Part shown: positions 1 through 11,386 of the stretch, piece by piece
Layout: each line of letters starts with the position of its first letter
How positions within the stretch are numbered: the first letter of the stretch is position 1
Assembly (NCBI RefSeq): GCF_035084215.1
Contig: NC_090338.1
Span: 15,748,001 to 15,812,000, forward strand
DNA: 64,000 nucleotides
Direction: 5' to 3'
DNA from: Heptranchias perlo
Taxonomy: Eukaryota
The notes under the pieces: model-generated
The model's database searches: none
Told to the model about the DNA's origin: nothing
Seen by the model: the letters and a program-made list of their open reading frames with translations, nothing else
Made by a program: the position numbers and the translations under genes

Positions 1-220
1 TATATTCGGTGGCCTTTTTAGGTGACACCTTTCTGTCTGCTCACTGTGATTGCCTTGGCAACGGGCAGTAATCACCAGGCATTGTTCTGTGATTTTAAAA
101 TGCGAAGGATTCGAAAATATCATTTCCACACCACCTGAGGAAGGAGGAAGCCTCCGAAAGCTTGTGGAATTAAAAATAAAATTGTTGGACTATAACTTTG
201 TGTTGTAAAATTGTTTACAA
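1..220 (+). mobile_element. 3' terminal repeat of a Penelope-like retroelement (runs off the window edge)
   Basis: Minimal hammerhead motif at 131-167 followed by AATAAA and a GT/T-rich tail, the usual layout of Penelope terminal repeats. Confidence 0.6.
131..167 (+). ncRNA. Minimal type I hammerhead ribozyme
   Basis: CCAC (stem I 5') - CTGAGGA core - extra A - GGAGG/AAG/CCTCC stem II - GAAA - palindromic AGCT stem III - cleavage triplet CUU - GTGG (stem I 3'). Confidence 0.65.
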
Positions 221-237
221 GGATCAGTGATGACTCT

Positions 238-307
238 TCAGCTCCCTCTTACTCTCGGGTTCAGTAATGTTAGCTCAGCTCCCTCTTACTCTCGGGTCCA
301 GTAATGT
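238..307. repeat. Local tandem duplication, period 37 bp
   Basis: TCAGCTCCCTCTTACTCTCGGGTYCAGTAATGT at 238-270 and 275-307 with one mismatch. Confidence 0.9.
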
Positions 308-317
308 GAAAAAAAAG

Positions 318-690
318 CTTGCATTTATGGAATGCCTGTCACATTCTTTGGGTGTCCCAAAGCACTTTATTGCTAATTAATTAGCTTCGAATGTTGTTTT
401 GAGGAAAATGCAGCTGCCAATTTGTGCATGGCAAAGTCCATAAACATCAGTAAGATGAATGACCAGTTAATCTGTTTTGGTTTTGTTGGTTGAGGCATAA
501 ATGTTAGCCAGGCCACCAGAAAAACCTTCCTGTTCTTCTTCAAAAAAATGCCACGGAATCTTTTATGTCCACCTGAACAGGCAGACAGGATCTCAGTTTA
601 ACATCTCACCTGAAAGACAGCACCTCTGAAAATACACCACTCTCTCAGGAATGCATTAAAGTGTCAGCTTCAATTACATGCACAACCCTG
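318..690 (-). mobile_element. Deu-domain SINE (SacSINE1-like), degraded
   Basis: Reverse strand resembles the Deu-SINE body and L2-derived tail ending ATAAATGCAAG; homologous to 1127-1390. Confidence 0.7.
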
Positions 691-1126
691 AGTGTGGTTA
701 GAATTGGTCTTAACTCCCCAGGTTAGAAAGAGGAGAAGTGACCACGGTTCCTGTTCCTGATTGCTGTCCAGCAATCACTACTGGAAGGTGTCCGTATGTG
801 GGCTTCAGGTGAAGACAGAATCAGACTCAGTTATAATGGCCTGTGGTCAAATAGTCCAACAAAACTCACTGTCAATATTTACATATGAATAATGGCCACT
901 TGAGTTATTACCAGAGGTCACCAGTTGACCATAGCTCAGCAAGCAGTCAACAGATTCAGGAGATCAGCAGAAAGAAATGATGGGCCCTGAAAATGCTGAG
1001 GTGTAAGTAAAGCATTTTGTGTTTGTTATTGATATGGCTGGTCCAGATAAGCATCATTACAGCTACCAATAGAAGAGAGTTAAAGGTTTTGTTGTTTACT
1101 AACTGCATGTGTACTGTGCATGGCAT

Positions 1127-1508
1127 AGAAAGAATGACTTGCATTTATATAGCGCCTTTCTCGACCTCAGGGCATCCCAAAGCTCTTTACAGTCAATGTA
1201 GTAATCAAGTAGACTTGTAGTCACTATTGTAATGTAGGAAACACGGCAGCCAATTCGTACACAGCAAGGTCGCACAAACAGCAATGAAATAAATGACCAG
1301 GTAATCTGTTTCAGTGATGTTGGCTGATGGATAAATATTGGACAGGACTCCTCTGCTCTTCTTCGAATATCCACCTGAGAGGGCAGACGGCACAAATTGG
1401 CTGCTGCGTTTCCTACATTACACTTCAAAATATTTCATTGACAGTAAAGTGCGTTGAGACATCCTGAGGTCGTGAAAGATGCTATACAAATGCAAGTGTT
1501 TTCTTTCT
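1127..1508. mobile_element. Two Deu-SINE pieces in opposite orientation (1127-1390 -, 1390-1508 +) forming a fold-back
   Basis: 1127-1260 is approximately the reverse complement of 1390-1508 (GCAGCCAATT/AATTGGCTGC; TTGCATTT/AAATGCAA). Confidence 0.75.
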
Positions 1509-2179
1509 TGCCGAAGAATAATGAAGGACACTGGAGGCAAGTGAGGGGTGGGGGTCTTAAACCCTTAATCTTTATGATTCAGAGGCGAGCATACTACCAC
1601 TGAGCCAAGGCTGACACCTACATATTCATGCATTCAAAATCACATATGTTACATTTATACTACAACTGTAACACACAGTATAAAGGATTTGTGGTACTTT
1701 TACAAGACTGAGCAAAATGTCACAGAATGGAGTAGGGCTCTATGTTAATAAACAGTGGGTGATTGAGAAAAGGTTGCAGTGATAGAGGGATACAAAATTA
1801 GTTCAGAAATTGAGTTTGCAGTCTGCCGACCCTTCTCTATGGTACCCTTCCACATGTTCAGCTGGGTTCATTGTACCGCAATACAGATGAATGTAGCAGG
1901 AAGTAGGATGTTGATGAAAGTTCAAACAACAGAAACCCTGTGGCTCTGAGCAAACAAGACTCATTGGAACAAGTACAAAATCTGGTGGTGTGCCATAGCA
2001 CTGCTTTGTGCAATTACAAAAGAGGGCACGGGGTGGCAATGGGTAGTTATGCAAGGTGTGTGCAGCATTGATGAATGGTGCGTGCAATTCATGACGTTAA
2101 AAGAATCACTCATGGTTACTTTTGAAAGCAAGACTATTCAGCCCCATCAGGCACATTGTAAAATGAATACAATTCTTAC

Positions 2180-2452
2180 CATTAACTTCAAGCTGGTACG
2201 TGATGTAAATTTTTGGCATGGTTCCATTAAATACAAGGCATTTCCATTTTCTGTTATTTTGCCCAATCTCCTGAATAAACAGCAACAGGCTGTGGTTTCC
2301 TTCTCCTGAAGGATTAAATGTTTTTTCTTTAACAAGGATTTTTCTGCCATTTTCCATCCAAACAAGTCTTGTTGCTCCACTAACATGAGAAGCAGAGCAG
2401 GTAAGGTTAACATTGTCTCCTTCAGCCAGACTGTGAGAGGGATTCGCTGTCA
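2180..2452 (-). CDS. IgSF exon, C2-type domain with WxC motif (CD4/LAG-3-superfamily-like), intact
   Basis: Acceptor TTGCAG|, donor |GTAAG, 273 nt, phase 1-1. Encodes VTANPSHSLAEGDNVNLTCS...RLVW...KWKCLVF...YQLEVN; paralogous to 48464-48723. Confidence 0.85.
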
Positions 2453-3539
2453 CTGCAACGAAGGAAAGTCAAATTTTCAGTAAAGGAGAATTTTAGGATA
2501 TTTTAACCCTAGAATTTCTGCTTTTCATACTTACCTCATCTAAAGAATTTCTCATCATGCTAAAGCGATACAGTGATGGGTATTTGTGAATTTTCTGCCC
2601 TGGATCTCTCATGCGTTCTAAGTAATGCAGACTACTTGCAATCAGTTCAAAGGTTAAAATGATAAGATGGCAATCCCCCTCACTGCGGGGGCTGCAATAA
2701 TCAATGAAGTGGTTTCAAGTAGCTTAGGAATTTGAACCCACTACTGTTTGATCTCACAGCATAGGGCAACACAGCTCAGCTCAAGAGATTGTCTCTCTTT
2801 GGGTCCAAGGAGTTCACAAGATAATTAATGATGAGGAAGACTATTTGGGCCATCTTAGTTTATGCATCTAGAAAGACCCTATAGTCTCCCCATTGCAATG
2901 TCCAATTGTTTTTTAAATGATTCCAGGGTTTTCACCTCCATTACTCAGTGGCAGATTGCAGATGTGGGTCCCTGAAGGTCTAGTTAACTGAAGCCTCCTT
3001 AAACATCGCTCCAGTGACATATTGAGGTATCTTTGAGTGTGGGTGGTTTACCTCTGTTGGACTCTAATTTCATTAGCCTGAAGCTGCCATCTTTGTTCCT
3101 CCTCTTCACAGCTCCAATTGGATACTGGATCTGTGCCCCTTGACTTTTTGGCCAGAAAAGGGAGTGGGGAAGGTTCAAAGTTGGGAGATTTAAATTGAGA
3201 AGGGAAAAAGTAAAGGGCAAAGTAGTTCATGATATCAACATAAGTACATGCATCACAACAAAGAATACAAGGCAGCAATACTAAGTGGAAAAAAAATATC
3301 TGACTCTATCTCAACAAAGAACATGACTCTCCTGCCAATTTTTACTGTGAAAAGGGCTCACACAACTGCTGTTATACATTAAACAGTAGGATTTCCCACA
3401 AAGTTTCTGGAATGCCTGCTGATCAGCAATTAACAACCTCAATTGATGACGCATACACAAAGTGCATTACTGCTTAGCTCAGCAATTCATTTTAAGATGT
3501 AATTTCAGAACTGGTTGCCAAAACTGAAAAGTCTGTTAT

Positions 3540-3815
3540 GGATGTCCAATTCTGGGCACCACACTTTAGAAAGGATATCAAAGACTTGGAGAGGGTGCAG
3601 AAGAGATTTACTAAAATGTTACCAGTTCTGTGGCGAGATTAGAGAAGCTGGGATTGTTCTCCTTAAAGCGAAAAGGTTAAGGGGAGTTTTAATAGAGGTG
3701 TTCGAAATTATGAAGGGTTTTGATAGAGTAGATAGGGAGAAACTGTTTGCATTGTCAGGAGGATCGGTAACCAGACGACATAGATTTTAAATAATTGGCA
3801 AAAGAACCAGGAGGA
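3540..3815 (+). mobile_element. CR1 LINE ORF2 3' fragment
   Basis: Encodes RLRGVLIEVFEIMKGFDRVDREKLF, a typical CR1 C-terminus. Confidence 0.85.
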
Positions 3816-3816
3816 G

Positions 3817-6207
3817 ATGAAGAAAGTGGTAAAGGAGAAAAAAATTAAAGAGGAGGATTGGAAAGCAGGAGTCTTGTTGTTTCAGTGTCAGGAGTTAGAG
3901 AGGTTGAGAGAGGAAGCTGAAGTTCTGAAGGGTAGGTTGAAAGTTGAGGAAGAAAGAAGAACAAAAAGAAAGATGGAGGGACCTTCACCACACCAGGCTT
4001 GGGTGAGGACATAGACTGTGAGCTTGAGATTTTGATTCGGTACAGAATGGGGTTAAGTCACAAACATCAGAAATTTTAAGTTGGTTTCAGGAAGGAGAAA
4101 GGGAGAGGATCACAAGCTACAGAATTGTTTTTTGTTTTCAATGTACTGTCTCTTTAAAAAGCTTGTCCTCATTGTGAGTGCTCTCTTTTCGCTGTTCAGG
4201 CTATGGCCCCTTTTTGATGCTTGTTATGTGTTTTCCTCTTTTGTGTAATGTTACAAAGATTTTGCTTTGCTGTGAAGGCAGTTATTTCCTGCATTTTACA
4301 GTTTTTGGAAAGATGCACCTGAAGAACGAATGAAACGAAAGATGCTGTCGTGTACTGGGTTTTAGTAAGCACGTGCTATATTGATAATTTTATCTGCTCC
4401 GTCTTGTGTTTAATTTTGATATTGCTGAATTAAAATTGGAGTTATTGAGGTTAACTAACCTATCAATTTGTAGAAAACAGACTTTTATTGTGGCCACAGT
4501 GAAATTCTGGTTCTGATAAATTTAAATGTGAGAGTGTCAAATTCCGGACATGAGATTATCACAAAAGAAAACTGACATTTTGAATTTCTTAAATGATTGA
4601 AGTTGTGATGTGCATTGGTTAGGGTGAATTGATCTGGTTGGAGTATTGGTGAGTGTGAATTGATGTGTAAGGAGTTAATGTGTGTAACTGTAATCAAAGA
4701 ACGATATCGTGTTATCTAGTATAGGGCATCAATTTTGAAAATTTTTAGATAATCATCTTAGTTGTACTGAAATGTGATAGCTGTTAGCAAACTGACAGCA
4801 CCCCTTTTATCTTGTGGTCAGAAAAATTGTCTGAAAAAAGAAACAATTAATGAAAGGATATCTCATATCTCTATGACAAGAATTGGGAAATGTCGTGTCA
4901 TTGGACTATTTAAGAGTTAATAAATTTTGGACGCCAGTGAATAAATCTTCTTGATAGAAAAAGCAGAAAACCTAGAACAGCTAGGGGAGTTGGTTAAGAT
5001 ACTAACTAAAGAAAAACAAGTGAGAAAGGAAAAGTGGAAAGCTGTAGTTGTGTTATGGCAAGGATAGCAAGTTAGAAAACTTAAGAAACAATTAGAAAAC
5101 TAGATGACCAGCATAGTGTAGCAGGAGTGTGAGATTATACCCACTGTCTAAAAAAAATACAGGAGCCGGAGGAAAGATTAAAATCCGAGATAGACGCTCT
5201 GAGACAGGAGATAGAATTCCTAAAGAAGCACTGAGATCACTCTGATCCTACCATTCCTCAGCAATTCCCTCCCCGCCAGTGTGGAAGCATAAACTGCTCA
5301 GCACCCACCCGTGAAAGTCAGGGACAGATGAAATGACGGTATGCGGCCTCTCCAGTCAAGGCAGCCTTGTGTGCATTGCACCGGGACCCTAATGGAAGGC
5401 CCCATACCAAAGCATGGTTTGAGGCTGCCCAAAAATATTGCTAGTAGATCCTGGCACGTCACATACCGTGGTATGTGGTGCACTTGACCAACAATTTGAG
5501 CTTCAAAGCACAATAGATCTAGGGGGCTTTGGAGGAGGAGGAGCTACGGGGAAGATGGTGGAGACGGAAGTTACAACAGTGGATGTTCACACTCGGCACA
5601 TAGTGTGGACTCAAAAACGACAGGAGACGGAGGATGGTATCTTAGGAGTAGATTGGATGGACAAGAACAATGTGGTAGTGGACATGGTCAATGTCTGATT
5701 GTGGCAAATGGGTTGCAGACTCTCCGCAAGGAGGGCCGCTGATAGGGATACAAGGTCAGTATGACCCAGCAGTGTAACTCTGACACGAACGGAGAGAATT
5801 TGATCAACAGCTAAAGACCGCCCCCATTGGGCACAACACAAGAATGAGTGTGGCAGAATAGAACGATTAGTACAGATTGAGGGACCTGACCCACCCCGAC
5901 CATCCCGACTATGCTGTTTCCTGAAGGAAGCGGAGATACTGATAGCAAGGGTAGTGAAGTCACTGGTTGAACAGGGAGTCCTGACAAAGACATCAAGCAC
6001 TTGTAACTCCCTAATTTGTCCCATCCATAAACTCCATGACTCATGGCAGTTAACCATTGATTACCGCGAAGTTAACAAATACTGTCCGGCGGTATCCCCG
6101 ACAGGAGCCTCCTCCCCTGAGACACCAATGAAAACATCAGCCCAATTCAAGATATTTACGTTTCAAATGAACTCTGGTCCATTCCCCTGACCAGTCAGAG
6201 CCAGTAT
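3817..6207 (+). mobile_element. Degraded endogenous retrovirus internal region (gag-like, protease, 5' RT), class III/spuma- or lokiretrovirus-like
   Basis: Protease LLVDPGTSHT...GILGVDW (5438-5698). RT N-terminus WAQHKNECG...GPDP...SLVEQGVL...CNSLICPIHK..DSWQLTIDYREVNK and SNELWSIPL...SQY (about 5828-6207). Stops and frameshifts throughout. Confidence 0.8.
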
Positions 6208-6281
6208 GTGAGTGGTTTGCCTGGGTGGTTCAAATCACCCCCCCGCCCCACCCTTACACAGTTCTAGACGACGGGAATTAC

Positions 6282-7301
6282 TGTGAACAGAATTGACTCA
6301 CGGTTAGGTTTTCTTTCGGACTCAATCGTACAGTGTTTATTAAGGTTAACACACACCGCCATCTTCAATATATCAAAAAAAAACAGTGGCGTAAGACAAA
6401 ACAGTACACTACGTCACTACGCAGAACCTTCCCACTAAACCCCTATGGCTTGGTTGGGAACACACAACACCCCTTCACACAATACCGGTGGTCTTAAGGA
6501 TGTGGACTTGGACAATGCTCACCTCGATTGTCCCTTGACTTTCTCACTGCTTCCCCTTGTAGAAAACGTGTCTCCTGGTTCCGTACCGCCGCGCAGTATT
6601 CAAGTCTCAGTTTGAGGTTCGTCCTTACAGTTGAAGAACGAGGCTCTGCTTCTTGTGGTGGTTTCTTCTCTCCACCCCAGGTGGAGTGCTCAGTTCTTGT
6701 TGTGAAGGTGAGGACAAGCGAAGATGAGAGCAGGCGAGGAAGCAAGAGAGTGAAAAGTCCCAATACTGCCTCCTCTTATACCCCCCAAAGTTCCAAACTT
6801 CTTTGTGCCAAAAAATGAAACGTTCCTTTTCCTGCGGTGCTGTTTTTGCAGCTTGCTGTTTTTGTGTAGTCAGTATCTTACAGTGATGTCGTTTTGCTTC
6901 CAACCGGTCTGGGATTTTGATGGCCCTCCTTTGTTTGGTTTCCCGCCCTTCGGAGTTACCTCATCTAGGTAATGGTGGTAATGGCTGATAGTGGGTTTCA
7001 CTTCGCACCTGGTCCTGGGTTAAGTGGTTTAACATTGATTAACAATGGTGTCTCCATCTCCTGCCAATAACCATATGCATTGCCCTTCCTGGCTCATTGT
7101 GTTCCCAGAGAAACTCTGTCCGTTCAGACATTTCCCTTAATTGGCTCAGGAGTCTGGTCAGAATCCGTTGTCCATTACACACACCTGGGCCACACCCACT
7201 TTTCAAACGGGCTGTTGTTTCTTTCAGCAGAAAAATGTCAAAACACAAAAGTCCACAAAATGTCTGTTTGTAAATCCCTGGGGCCTGTGCCGATGTTTAC
7301 A
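6282..7301 (-). mobile_element. Probable solo LTR
   Basis: TGTGAACA...TGTTTACA termini (7/8 inverted). On the - strand a TATA-like box (~6778) precedes AATAAA (~6338). No matching TSD seen. Confidence 0.5.
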
Positions 7302-7316
7302 GTCTCTTTTATTATT

Positions 7317-8083
7317 GGCCCAGATTTTGCTGGAGCAGGGCATCTCCCGAAGTGCCCGGTTAATTAGACTTTCCCTCACCCTTCAGCTCAAACATGTTTT
7401 GCCCTGTAAGTTGGTGGAAGTGCGAGCCGATAACGAGGGCAATTGGACATCTGGGACCTTGGTGAACAACGGGACCAACAGTCTATTTCCTTAACCAATG
7501 AGATTAAAGGACTGAGAAATAAACAGAGGAAGGACTGAGAAGGAGGGTGAATTAGAGTGGATGGATTCAATGTCAAATCAGGTACAGAAAGAAATAAAGC
7601 AAGGGAAAGAAAGATTGGATTAAGGGTATGAGAAAAAAAGAGACTGAAAGGAAAAGTAAGTAAAAGAAAATTAAAATTTGACATTAATAAAATCTCCATC
7701 AGCAATTCACTACCTGAAGGAATAAGACTCCACACTTTTAATTGTTCACTTTCTGGGCCAGAGAGGTTGATTGGCAGTCATTAACAATTATCACATCGTT
7801 AAATGGGAACTTGCACTATTAATTACGAGACTTAACTTTCTCTGGCGAGTTTAATGGGTAATTAACGTGCAAATACAGAAACTTCATGAAAGTCACCAGG
7901 AGGTTAAGTGCGAGAAGCAGTTTTCACGAAGCTAATGGTGCAGCAGCGCAAATCGGCCAGCAACTTGTGGCGATTCGTAATTCACGTGGTATCTCTTCAT
8001 CGCCACAAGTTGCTGGCCGATTTGCACTTTAATAATGGCGTGCGTAGTTCACATGCCGTTATTGTTTCAGCAAATTCTGGGCC
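7317..8083. mobile_element. PIF/Harbinger-type MITE
   Basis: TIRs GGCCCAGATTTTGCTG / CAGCAAATTCTGGGCC (15/16); 3-bp TSD ATT. Confidence 0.85.
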
Positions 8084-8158
8084 ATTATTGTTTAATTCAC
8101 TTCCACTTCTCTTCCAGGAATGTCCACCTTGGAGAAGTTCTGCTCTTCTCTCCGACCT

Positions 8159-9055
8159 CTGATGAAAGGTCATCGACCTGAAGCAACGGGCCAGAAATCG
8201 CCCAGAGCGTCGAGGCAACACTCACCGCAGCTCCTGCAAATTAAATTAACAAAAATATCTACTGCGGGCTCTGTGACGTCGAATTGCTTGAATTTGAACT
8301 TTAAACAAAATGGTGCGCTATCAACCCAGTCTCTGCACAGAGTGAGTTGCCGTGCGGCTGGAAACGTCCGTGAGGAGACACGCCGACAAAATCTGTCAGG
8401 AAGAGAAGTCACGCCCACAGATTCAGGCTGCATTGCTCAAGCAGGCAAGCAGACTTCATTTAAAGTTAGTATTCTGTATGTTATTGTAAATAAAAATGTA
8501 TTTTTTTATGAAAAGCCAAAGAAATAATTGAATTAAATTAAAGAGACAGAAGAGAAAAGTAAGAAAAATGTTTTAAATTTAATTTTTTTTTAATGATCAA
8601 ACACTATTAAAATAAGGAGTAATATGATACTCCACATTTTTAAAAGTTAATTTTTAGTTGTTTGGCAGTTATTAAGACTTACCGTGCTGTTAAAACTTAG
8701 TTCAGACCTGGTATTATAAGCGTACCTGTTTGGTGCTGTAATTAGTTACTTTCCAGCTGGGCAGATAAGCAAGCTGGCGCTTTTTCAATGATTTCTCTGA
8801 TTGTAGCGTGCGATGGCCCTTTAATTCGAAGCTGTCATATCGCTGGCAAACCACGAGGAGCAAGTTCACGATTTCTGCGTTTTACTGAGCGTGTGCAAAT
8901 ACGGGAACTCACTCCTTCAATTCACCAGTAAAAACAGAGAGCGCTGTTGGGCTCCTCTGGTATTGCGGGAGCGATTTCTGGCCCGTTATCTCTGTTTCTC
9001 TCTCCACAGATGCTGCCGTACCCGCTGAGTGTTTCCAGCATTTTTTGTTTATTTC
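8159..9055 (+). mobile_element. Hammerhead-bearing (Penelope-type) repeat tail split by the MITE at 8188-8984
   Basis: CTGATGA-A-AGGTC/ATC/GACCT-GAAGC left of the MITE; continues GTTATCTCTGTTTCTCTCTCCACAGATGCTGCC on the right. Confidence 0.55.
8188..8984. mobile_element. PIF/Harbinger-type MITE
   Basis: Perfect TIRs GGGCCAGAAATCGC / GCGATTTCTGGCCC, extended by flanking AAC/GTT. Confidence 0.85.
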
Positions 9056-9211
9056 TTACATGGTTGTGAATGTGTTGCAGAACTTCTGAACAAAATAAAA
9101 ATTTAACTGCAAGTTGTAAATAAATTCCCTGCAATATTATTAGTTATACACATTGAATTAAGGAATTGCTGTTTGATTTTAAAATATTTATTTTATATTT
9201 ATTTCTTGCAG

Positions 9212-9552
9212 AAAACACAAATCCTATCTTTTTTAGATAATGAAGGCAATTTCATATTAAATGGATCAGACAATCCTGGAAATGATCCTGTCATCTGGGA
9301 ATGGAGACCACATTCTGGGCAATAAACTACAAAGCAGTTGGGTACTTTTCACAGAAGATACAGGGTGGAGGGTACAATGGAGCAAGGAGCACAATAATAC
9401 TCAAAGCATTTACAACCAGATAGATCAGGACCAGAGTACCCATAATCTGAGGATTACAAGACCTGGATTTGACCTTGCAGGATTGCTCAGCTGCTGATAG
9501 ACACAGCCCAGGGAAACAATCCTGAAACAGTACAAAGTCTGTGGGATCAAAG
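9212..9552 (+). pseudogene. Inverted pseudo-exon paralogous to the Cys-less V exons
   Basis: Acceptor TTCTTGCAG|, donor AAG|GTGAG. Encodes GSDNPGNDPVIWEWRPHSGQ*...NLRITRPGFDLAGLLSC**TQPRETILKQYKVCGIK with stops and frameshifts. About 150 bp of upstream intron is also similar to that of the 32326 and 53771 exons. Confidence 0.85.
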
Positions 9553-9555
9553 GTG

Positions 9556-10345
9556 AGAATACATAAGAAATAGGAGCAGGAGTAGGCCAATCGGCCCCTC
9601 GAGCCTGCTCCGCCATTCAATAAGATCATGGCTGATCTGATCCTAACCTGAAATCTAAAATCATGTCCAATTTCCTGCCCGCTCCCCGTAACCCCTAATT
9701 CCCTTTACTTCTAGGAAACTGTCTATTTCTGTTTTAAATTTATTCAGTGATGTAACTTCCACAGCTTCCAGGGGCAGCAAATTCCACAGACCTACTACCC
9801 TCTGAGTGAAGAAGTTTCTCCTCATCTCAGTTTTGAAAGAGCAACCCCTTATTCTGAGATTATGCCCCCTAGTTCTAGTTTCACCCATCCTTGGGAACAT
9901 CCTTACCGCATCCACCCGATCAAGCCCTTTCACAATCTTATATGTTTCAATAAGATCGCCTCTCATTCTTCTGAACTCGAATGAGTAGTGTCCCAATCAA
10001 CTCAACCTCTCCTCATATGTCCGCCCCCTCATCCCCGGGATTAACTGAGTGAACCTTCTTTGTACTGCCTCGAGAGCAGGTATGTCTTTTCTTAAGTATG
10101 GACACCAAAACTGTATGCAGTATTCCAGGTGCGGTCTCACCAATACCTTCTATAACTGCAGCAATACCTCCCTGTTTTTATATTCTATCCCCCTAGCAAT
10201 AAAAGCCAACATTCTGTTGGCCTTCTTGATCACCTGCTGCACCTGCATACTAACTTTTTGCTTTTCTTGCACTAGGACCCCCGGATCCCTTTGTACTGCA
10301 GTACTTTCCAGTTTCTTGCCATTAAGATAATAACTTGCTCTCTGA
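9556..10345 (-). mobile_element. 5'-truncated young CR1 (same subfamily as 11975-16411)
   Basis: Near-identical to the 3' end of the full-length element; TTCTTATG tail; inserted just after the pseudo-exon donor. Confidence 0.95.
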
Positions 10346-10831
10346 TAACAAGTATTAGCAAAGGTACAATAATAACAGTTGGTTCTGGCCTCACTTCCAT
10401 TAGTTTTAGGGAGATATGCCTGCTGAGTACCTGCACCAATAGTACGTTGATTCCAAATTGACGGCCAAGGACTGGAAACTCCCGATATTGAGTCCCCACA
10501 TCCTTCCCCCTCCCCTCTGTGACAGTGGCCTTGATTGGTGTAGGCAGATGTTCTAGCCCCTAAACATGGCCGCAGGAATCTCCCTCTCATGACCAGAATC
10601 TGATGACATTGCTCAGAATTACGGTGGGTGTTCACAAGAACGGCTGAGCAATTTCAAAACTCTTCTTACGAATTCATCCTTCATGAATATATTGAAGTTT
10701 AACTCAATATGAGTAAAGCATTGTTTGTGTACTTGGGCCCTGGCCTCTACTCTTAGGTCCATGTATCTTGTGGTGCGATCATAAAATGTAATAGAGGACA
10801 GGTGAGGGAAAATTCATTCCATAAACACACA

Positions 10832-10986
10832 GGGGGTGAATTTGACTTTGGGCGACTGTGAAAAATGGGCGATATATCGATCAGCCGACCGTTATGCATC
10901 TCTCCTGATTTGTGGGAGAGATGTATAAAGGGCAGCTGATCGATATTAGCTGTTTTACACTGTCGCCCAAAGTCACAATCATCCCC
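10832..10986. mobile_element. Short Harbinger-type MITE (hairpin)
   Basis: About 33-bp imperfect TIRs GGGGGTGAATTTGACTTTGGGCGAC; TSD ACA/ATA within the palindromic flank AAACAC-NNN-GTGTTT. Confidence 0.75.
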
Positions 10987-11386
10987 ATAGTGTTTTACTA
11001 TTTGGTAGGGCAGTGTGAAGAATGTTGAAGATTGGTTATGTTGTTTCATCTGCTGAAATGACTTGTAAGTCCCTATTGCCTGATTCTTGTGTAATGTCGT
11101 GAACCACTGACTCCATGGGCTCGAATTTAGCAGGCCTGCGGGTTCCCAGCGGGTGGTCCTCCGGGAGCGTCGAAAACGCGAACGGCGAAATTAGTGGGTT
11201 GCCCACGCGATCGTAGCAGGCAACCCACTAAGAGGAATCAATTACCTGCTCCTCCGGGGTCCACGGCGCTGGCCTGCGCGTCGGTCGGGCTGCGCATGCG
11301 CAGTACGATCTGTCAGCTGGAGGCTCTCTAGTTAAAGGGGCAGTCCTCCACTGACAGATGCTGCAACCAATGGAACAAATTGCAGC

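Noticed and set aside
956-1144. Hydrophobic stretch SLLLVAVMMLIW as a possible transmembrane exon
   Set aside because: Too short, with no convincing in-phase splice sites, and the ORF begins in a SINE tail.
2535-2700. Strong - strand donor (GAG|GTAAGT) 82 bp upstream of the 2452 exon, where a V exon would be expected
   Set aside because: The phase-1 frame ends in a TGA stop and shows no similarity to 48802-49146.
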